This document shows positions 37,243-42,850 of a stretch of 42,850 bases of DNA, in pieces. Made by a program: the position numbers and the translations under genes. Position 1 is the first letter of the stretch, and each line of letters begins with the position of its first letter. The stretch is taken from the UHGV virus genome UHGV-0182515; one strand, 5' to 3'. The notes beneath the pieces were generated by a model. That model was given only the letters and a program-made list of their open reading frames with translations. It was not told the DNA's origin and did not search any database. The stretch comes from a virus.

Positions 37243-39726
37243 ATGTTTATTATGCCAGAACAATTATACAACGTAGTTGTTTCACAACCAAGTCAGTTAT
37301 TTACTTTAGCTCGCTCGTTTAAAGCAAATGCCAATGGCAAAATTTATATCGGTAAAATTGACACTGACCCGGTAAATCCAGAAAACCAGATTCAGGTTTA
37401 TGTAGAGAACGAAGACGGCTCTCACGTTCCTGTTTCGCAACCAATCATCATTAACGCTGCCGGATATCCGGTATATAACGGACAGATTGCCAAATTCGTT
37501 ACCGTGCAAGGCCATTCTATGGCTGTTTATGATGCGTATGGTGCGCAGCAGTTTTATTTTCCCAATGTGCTGAAGTATGACCCCGATCAGCTACGGCAGC
37601 AATTAGAAGATCCAGATGGCGCTAAAAAATATCCTGAGTTGCAGATGGCACGATGGAGAGATTGTGGAGATGTTAGAGGGTGGGGAGCAAAAATAGATGG
37701 GGAAACAGATGATTCAGATGCTTTTATTAAAGCTTTAAACTCTGGAAGGTCGGTTATAACAATTCCGGAAGGAATATGCATCATCAAGAAGAATATTAAC
37801 ATTCCTGAGGGGTGTTCACTGGTTGGATCTGGCATTGATTATTGGGATACATATAGACCAGCGCCTGAAAGATTATTAAAAAGTTGGAGTAAAGGAACCC
37901 ATCTTGTATTTACTGGTGATGGAGAAAAAAACAAATATTTTTTTAACATCTCTAATGAAAGACCGGTTAAAATTGTTGAGGGGATATCTTGTAAGTTCAC
38001 TGAGTTTACGAATGAAGATTCTGTAGGTGTTACTCCTGCTACACCAAAAGCCATGAGCGTAGCTGTTAGTATCAACAGGGCATCACAGTTACGCAATCTG
38101 AGAATAATGGTAAGTAAAAATGGTATTGAAGGATACAATAACCCTGATTCTTATTCATTGGGTGATAACTGGGATATAGGGTTGCATGTATACGATAGCT
38201 GTGATTCAGTTATTGATAACGTACAGATTGTCGGCTATTGGAGGGTAAAAGGACTACTACTGACAGAAAATGACGGGAGCCTTTCAATGAAGGGAAATCC
38301 TGAAAAAACGCACTTTAATAACGTTTATGTCCAGTCAGGAATCGCGATAAGGAATAGCCCTCAGATTGATCTTGTAAGTAATACTGAAAGCTCAGTGACA
38401 TTTAAACATAAAAAGTCGATGAGAATAACTTCAGTTAAACAGTTTAAAATTGCTGGCAGTGAATCAGTATATACGTATTCAGATGCATCATTTGATGGAA
38501 CTAACATCACACTATCTGGTATTTCTCCTGAAATACAAGGTACAATAAGTGTAATCAGGTTTCCGTCAATTGGTAATAATTTTAGCGGGACTGTTTTTGA
38601 GAATACAGTAGCCACTACTCTTGATCATACATCAGGTAAGCCATCAGAATACTTTGGCCTTCCTGCATCCTTTGCATTAGAGGTTGATGGTTTCCCTGTT
38701 CGTAATTTAAGGTTTGATAAATTCAAAGCTCAAACAACATTTGATAAAGGAAATTGCATTTTTGGTGATTGCCGTGATGTTAAAATAACATCATCTGAGT
38801 TTGAAAATGGAATTATGATTGCGTATAACCTGACCGAGACTCAGGGTTATACAGGAAATCTTAGATTTTTTGCTTCTGATCTTCAGAGCAGCGTTAACAC
38901 AAGTGAGTTTAAACCAAGAGACGCATTTGTAGACAATAGACAAATAAAAACGGAGTTTACTGATGGTTCGTTCATTATAAAGAACTGGAGGCCTACAGAT
39001 ACAAAAATACAATGGTCGTCTGGAGTAGATGCTATTGTTCTTAGAGAGTCACCTGACGAACAATCAAACGGAAATATTTACGGGTATCACATTGATGGTA
39101 AAAGATGGATTAATGTTAGTGGATATAACAAAGATATAAATATTTCATCAAGAAACTTAAGCGTAAAAAACCATGGTGATGACTCTACAGTTATTAATAT
39201 ATTCGGCGACTCTGGAAATATTGCCATTAAAGGTAATTTTTTACCAATTATTGATAACAGCAAATCTCTTGGTGCACCATCATTTAGATGGGCTCAGATT
39301 TATTCTGCATCCGGGACTATAAGCACATCAGATGAAACACTTAAAACAATATATGACATTACTCAGGCAGAGCGTGATGCTGCGCTGGAAATAAAGGGAA
39401 TTATATGCAAGTTCAGGTTTAATGAGTCGATTAATTTTAAAGGATTGGAGTTATCAAGGTATCATTTTGGAGTTGGCGCTCAAACCGTAGGAGATATTCT
39501 TAGAAAGCGTGGTTTAAATCCTGAGCAATATGCTTTTTGGTGTTACGATGAATGGCCAGACGTATGGGATGAAGAGGTGATAACTGAAGAGAGCACAGAT
39601 CCTGATACAGGTGAGAAAATTTATTCTCAATATAAAACAGGAAATATGATTCTTGTAAAAAAAGCAGGTGGACGCTACGGAATTCGTTATGACGAATTGG
39701 CTATGTTTATATTAATGGCAATGTAG
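37243..39726 (+). CDS. Tailspike protein (P22-type head-binding N-domain, distinct receptor-binding domain, C-terminal intramolecular chaperone)
   Basis: N-terminal about 120 aa resemble P22 gp9 ([46 protein letters not shown]); the C-terminal about 130 aa carry an SDETLK motif typical of the self-cleaving chaperone domain (peptidase S74 type). Confidence 0.8.
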   Translation: MFIMPEQLYNVVVSQPSQLFTLARSFKANANGKIYIGKIDTDPVNPENQIQVYVENEDGSHVPVSQPIIINAAGYPVYNGQIAKFVTVQGHSMAVYDAYGAQQFYFPNVLKYDPDQLRQQLEDPDGAKKYPELQMARWRDCGDVRGWGAKIDGETDDSDAFIKALNSGRSVITIPEGICIIKKNINIPEGCSLVGSGIDYWDTYRPAPERLLKSWSKGTHLVFTGDGEKNKYFFNISNERPVKIVEGISCKFTEFTNEDSVGVTPATPKAMSVAVSINRASQLRNLRIMVSKNGIEGYNNPDSYSLGDNWDIGLHVYDSCDSVIDNVQIVGYWRVKGLLLTENDGSLSMKGNPEKTHFNNVYVQSGIAIRNSPQIDLVSNTESSVTFKHKKSMRITSVKQFKIAGSESVYTYSDASFDGTNITLSGISPEIQGTISVIRFPSIGNNFSGTVFENTVATTLDHTSGKPSEYFGLPASFALEVDGFPVRNLRFDKFKAQTTFDKGNCIFGDCRDVKITSSEFENGIMIAYNLTETQGYTGNLRFFASDLQSSVNTSEFKPRDAFVDNRQIKTEFTDGSFIIKNWRPTDTKIQWSSGVDAIVLRESPDEQSNGNIYGYHIDGKRWINVSGYNKDINISSRNLSVKNHGDDSTVINIFGDSGNIAIKGNFLPIIDNSKSLGAPSFRWAQIYSASGTISTSDETLKTIYDITQAERDAALEIKGIICKFRFNESINFKGLELSRYHFGVGAQTVGDILRKRGLNPEQYAFWCYDEWPDVWDEEVITEESTDPDTGEKIYSQYKTGNMILVKKAGGRYGIRYDELAMFILMAM

Positions 39727-39744
39727 TTGCAATAAATGCAGTAT

Positions 39745-39775
39745 ATCCCGCATGAAAACTGCGGGATTGTTTTTA
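39745..39775 (+). terminator. Rho-independent terminator after the tailspike gene
   Basis: Stem atcccgca/tgcgggat with a 7-nt loop, followed by a T-rich run. Confidence 0.6.
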
Positions 39776-39923
39776 TCTAGTGTATTTGTGAGTTTTAAAT
39801 AAAATTTGGTATGGATTCTTGCATCGTAGTGAACGCATGATTACCTATGAAACAAAACTGAGACACACAAAGCTTTGCACTGGATTGCAAGGCTTTGTGC
39901 TCTTCGATAGTGGTTAAGGTGGT

Positions 39924-41081
39924 TCACTCCACCTTCTCATCAATCCAGTCCGCCCACCACTGCATCATCTCCCTGCGCTTATCGAGATATTGCGCATGGT
40001 TGTAAATACCGCGCACAGATCCGCCGTTGGCATGTGCCAGTTGCACTTCAATAGCATCAGCAGGCCATTCGTGCTCGTTCATAATCGTGCTGAATTCATG
40101 CCTGAATCCGTGACCGCTTTCCAGCCCTTCATAGCCAATTTGTTTGATCACAAGCAATACCGCGTTCTCGCAGATTGGCTTCTTCTTATCGTTGCGCCCG
40201 GCAAAAACAAACTCTGACACTGGTTTAGTGATTGAGCTTAGCGTAGTGAGAAGTTCAATCACCTGGTCTGACATAGGAACCACATGAATTTTTCGCCCCT
40301 TCATCACACTGGCGTCGATGGTGATAATCCTGTTTTCAAAATCGACGTTCTTCCATTGCATGGAACGAAGCTCTTTCGTTCTTAGGGCTGTGTAGCGTAA
40401 AACTTTGGTCGCAATGAGCGATACGATGCTTCCTGAAAATGTTGCCAGTGCTTTGTTGAATGCAGGGATCTGGTCTGCTGGAAGAAACGGGAAGTTCTTC
40501 TTGCGGTATCCTTTCATGGCGTCTGCAAGGTCAGGTGCCGGGTTATATTTAGCCCTTCCGGTGACAATAGCGTAACGAAAAACCTCGCCGCATCTTCTGC
40601 GGGCTTTGTTGGCTCGCTCCATTGCACCGCGATCTTCAAATCTGCGGATTACTTCCAGCAGTTGCATCGGCTCAATATCCTGAATCTCAAGACCGCCGAT
40701 GATGGGTAAAATGTCGTCATCAAACATTTTGGCAAGTTCAGTTGCATAGCCTACTGACCAGACTTGCTTCTTGTGCTCGTACCATTCCTTGTAAATCGCA
40801 CTAAAGGAATTGTTGTTAGACGAAGCCTTTTTCGCTTTTACCGGATCGATGCCAACCGAGATGTCTTTCCTCGCAGTCCATGCTTTATCCCTTGCCTCCT
40901 GCAAAGTCATAAGCGGATATTTTCCTACGGTCAGGATTTTCTCCTTACCGTCAATCTTGTAGCGAAGCTGCCATACCTTTTTCCCTGACACAGGGACATA
41001 AAGGTACAGGCCATTACCATCGAGTAGGCGGTATGGTTTTTCTTTCGGCTTTGCTGCTTCAATCTGCTTAACGGTGAGCAT
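39924..41081 (-). CDS. intS: Tyrosine integrase, IntS/P4 family (ATG at 41081; an upstream GTG at 41117 is also in frame)
   Basis: C-terminal catalytic region ...HGFRHEFSTIMNE...LAHANGGSVRGIYNHAQY (catalytic Tyr) and N-terminus MLTVKQIEAAKPKEKPYRL..; adjacent to the tRNA. Confidence 0.9.
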   Translation of the reverse strand: MLTVKQIEAAKPKEKPYRLLDGNGLYLYVPVSGKKVWQLRYKIDGKEKILTVGKYPLMTLQEARDKAWTARKDISVGIDPVKAKKASSNNNSFSAIYKEWYEHKKQVWSVGYATELAKMFDDDILPIIGGLEIQDIEPMQLLEVIRRFEDRGAMERANKARRRCGEVFRYAIVTGRAKYNPAPDLADAMKGYRKKNFPFLPADQIPAFNKALATFSGSIVSLIATKVLRYTALRTKELRSMQWKNVDFENRIITIDASVMKGRKIHVVPMSDQVIELLTTLSSITKPVSEFVFAGRNDKKKPICENAVLLVIKQIGYEGLESGHGFRHEFSTIMNEHEWPADAIEVQLAHANGGSVRGIYNHAQYLDKRREMMQWWADWIDEKVE

Positions 41082-41243
41082 GGGTAAAAATCCGGTGGGT
41101 AAAATTATTTTATCCACTTTTTACCCGTCATGGAGTGCGGCTGTCAACGATCTGACGTGAACCATTACGAACTGTAAATCTACGGAAGGCTTGATATTCA
41201 GGGGATTTTGCGGACTGCTACGGATGGGAGCGAACTGATAAAT

Positions 41244-41258
41244 GGTGTCCCCTGCAGG
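41244..41258. repeat. attL core candidate (15 bp, identical to 992-1006), the 3' end of argW
   Basis: Exact direct repeat read from the sequence. Confidence 0.6.
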
Positions 41259-41318
41259 AATCGAACCTGCAATTAGCCCTTAGGAGGGGCTCGTTATATC
41301 CATTTAACTAAGAGGACA
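41244..41318 (-). tRNA. argW: tRNA-Arg (anticodon CCU)
   Basis: Reverse complement GTCCTCTTAGTTAAATGGATATAACGAGCCCCTCCTAAGGGCTAATTGCAGGTTCGATTCCTGCAGGGGACACCA folds as a cloverleaf with 7-bp acceptor stem, T-loop GGTTCGATTCC, anticodon loop CUCCUAA and CCA end. Confidence 0.85.
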
Positions 41319-41392
41319 ATGCGGCATGAGTATACCCGCTAATGGACTACGGGGTAAGTACACAGCCGCTCGATTGCTTAAACCCTCGCCAT

Positions 41393-42325
41393 TTATGCCG
41401 GGTTTTTATCATTTTTCTTAATGTTTTCCGCACGTTCTGCTTTTTGACGTGCTTCTACTTTGCGCTTGTTGCTCATGTCGTTACGAATCTGTGCATGACT
41501 CATTAACGCGAAGATAAAGGTGCCGCCGCAGATGTTCCCCGCTAAAGTAGGTAGTGCGAAGGGCCAGATGAAATCGCTCCAGTGCAGCGTACCGTTAAAC
41601 ACCAGATAGAGGATTTCTACAGAACCGACAACGATGTGGGTGGTGTCACCCAGGGCAATAAGCCAGGTCATCAATATAATCACCACAATCTTTGCCGCAC
41701 CCGCTGCAGGAAACATCCATACCATAGTGGCGATCAGCCAGCCGGAAATGATCGCGTTGGCAAACATCTCGCTGGGGGTGTTCTTCATCACATCCATGCC
41801 GATTTTGACAAATGCATCGCGAGTTTCTTCATTGAAGATAGGCATATATTCAAATGCCCACGCAGCAATACCTGTCCCGATAATATTACCCAGCAGCACG
41901 ATGCCCCATAACCGCATAAGTAAGCCGACGTTGCTCATTGTCGGTTTTTGCATGACGGGTAGTACCGCAGTTACAGTGTTTTCGGTAAATAATTGCTGGC
42001 GGGCCATTATGACGATAATAAAACCAAAGGTATAACCGAGATTCTCCAGCAAGAAGCTGCCCGGCACGCCTTCCAGTTCGACATGAAATATCCCTTTTGC
42101 CAGTAGCGAAGCGCCCATCGACAGGCCCGCCGCAATGGCTGACCACAGTAGCGCCATTGCGTCGCGTTCCAGCTCTTTTTCACCATCCTGGCGGATATGC
42201 TCATGAATTGCCATCGCCCGGGAGGGGAGTCGGTCTTCATCTATTTCTATTTTTTTACCGCGCTCTTTTTCTTCGCTCTCAACTTCAATTTCGTCGCTGT
42301 GTTGATCAATTTTGTCGTTGTCCAT
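41393..42325 (-). CDS. yfdC: Inner-membrane protein of the formate/nitrite transporter family (YfdC-like), host gene
   Basis: 310-aa polytopic membrane protein, recognised as YfdC by sequence and by its position next to argW. Confidence 0.75.
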   Translation of the reverse strand: MDNDKIDQHSDEIEVESEEKERGKKIEIDEDRLPSRAMAIHEHIRQDGEKELERDAMALLWSAIAAGLSMGASLLAKGIFHVELEGVPGSFLLENLGYTFGFIIVIMARQQLFTENTVTAVLPVMQKPTMSNVGLLMRLWGIVLLGNIIGTGIAAWAFEYMPIFNEETRDAFVKIGMDVMKNTPSEMFANAIISGWLIATMVWMFPAAGAAKIVVIILMTWLIALGDTTHIVVGSVEILYLVFNGTLHWSDFIWPFALPTLAGNICGGTFIFALMSHAQIRNDMSNKRKVEARQKAERAENIKKNDKNPA

Positions 42326-42618
42326 GGTCTCTTCTCTTGAATTAGCACGTATAGCTAAAGCGTAGCGGCTTTTTTGCTCGCAACTGGCGGGAGTTACTCT
42401 GAAAATGTAGAAAAGGCCGCGTTTGCCTTTTTCTGTTTCTATTGAATCAAGTAGCCTACAGGGCGACGATTACCAGGCTATGATCAAATCAGCAAATCAG
42501 GGCGTCTGGACATCAGTTGACGTGCTGTTACAATCGCCCACACCTAAACAGGCGGATACGGTATCGTTCCGTCATGGATGGCAAACTGCATAAGCCATAA
42601 AAAAACAGGGAGACATTT

Positions 42619-42850
42619 ATGAAGCTTCGCCTGTCGGCGCTTGCTCTGGGAACTACGCTTCTGGTGGGGTGTGCGAGTTCCGGTACAGATCAGCAAGGGC
42701 GTTCTGACCCGTTAGAAGGGTTTAACCGCACTATGTACAACTTCAACTTCAATGTATTAGACCCGTATATTGTTCGACCGGTCGCTGTTGCCTGGCGTGA
42801 TTATGTTCCGCAACCTGCGCGTAACGGTTTGAGCAACTTTACCGGCAACC
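42619..42850 (+). CDS. mlaA: Outer-membrane lipoprotein MlaA (VacJ), N-terminal part; 3' end lies outside the window
   Basis: MKLRLSALALGTTLLVGCASSG.. has a lipoprotein signal with lipobox LVGC; the ORF runs off the end of the window. Confidence 0.75.
   Translation, partial: MKLRLSALALGTTLLVGCASSGTDQQGRSDPLEGFNRTMYNFNFNVLDPYIVRPVAVAWRDYVPQPARNGLSNFTGN

Larger units (their letters stand above)
1007..41243. mobile_element. Integrated lambdoid prophage (lambda-like regulation, P22/Sf6-like virion module), about 40.2 kb
   Basis: Bounded by the 15-bp direct repeats, with integrase at one end and excisionase at the other, and a complete set of regulation, replication, lysis, packaging, head and tail genes in between. 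Confidence 0.8.

Noticed and set aside
39727-39923. Possible O-antigen conversion genes between tailspike and integrase, as P22 has gtrABC
   Set aside because: Only about 200 bp of non-coding DNA with a terminator is present; no ORF fits.
41886-42240. Two ORFs antisense to the yfdC-like membrane protein gene
   Set aside because: Antisense to a well-supported host gene; Arg/Cys-rich artefactual translations.

Overview
This window is almost entirely one integrated lambdoid prophage of about 40 kb, inserted at the host tRNA-Arg gene argW in an E. coli-like chromosome. Host flanks are the 3' end of a LacY-family permease (bases 1-552) on the left and argW, yfdC and the start of mlaA on the right. 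The prophage is a mosaic: the early and late regulatory regions are lambda-like (N, nutL, cIII, cI, cro, nutR, cII, nin genes, Q, pR', S-R-Rz/Rz1), while the packaging, head and tail genes are P22/Sf6-like (small and large terminase, portal, scaffold, coat, gp4, gp10, tail needle, gp14, ejection proteins gp7/gp20/gp16, the mnt-arc-ant immI region and a tailspike). IntS-type integrase sits next to argW and a TorI-type excisionase at the far end. No CRISPR array, IS element or rRNA was seen. All identifications rest on reading the six-frame translations and on recalled family motifs and reference sequences; no database search was run. The most promising candidates for an undescribed function are the accessory genes: an unknown gene translationally coupled to mnt with an adjacent membrane protein, a T5orf172/GIY-YIG-like moron between the lysis and packaging genes, an orphan C5 methyltransferase in the nin region, an HNH-AP2 endonuclease beside the tailspike gene, and a cluster of nuclease-like and anti-restriction-like genes in the pL operon. 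The prophage left end also carries a split copy of the argW 3' segment.
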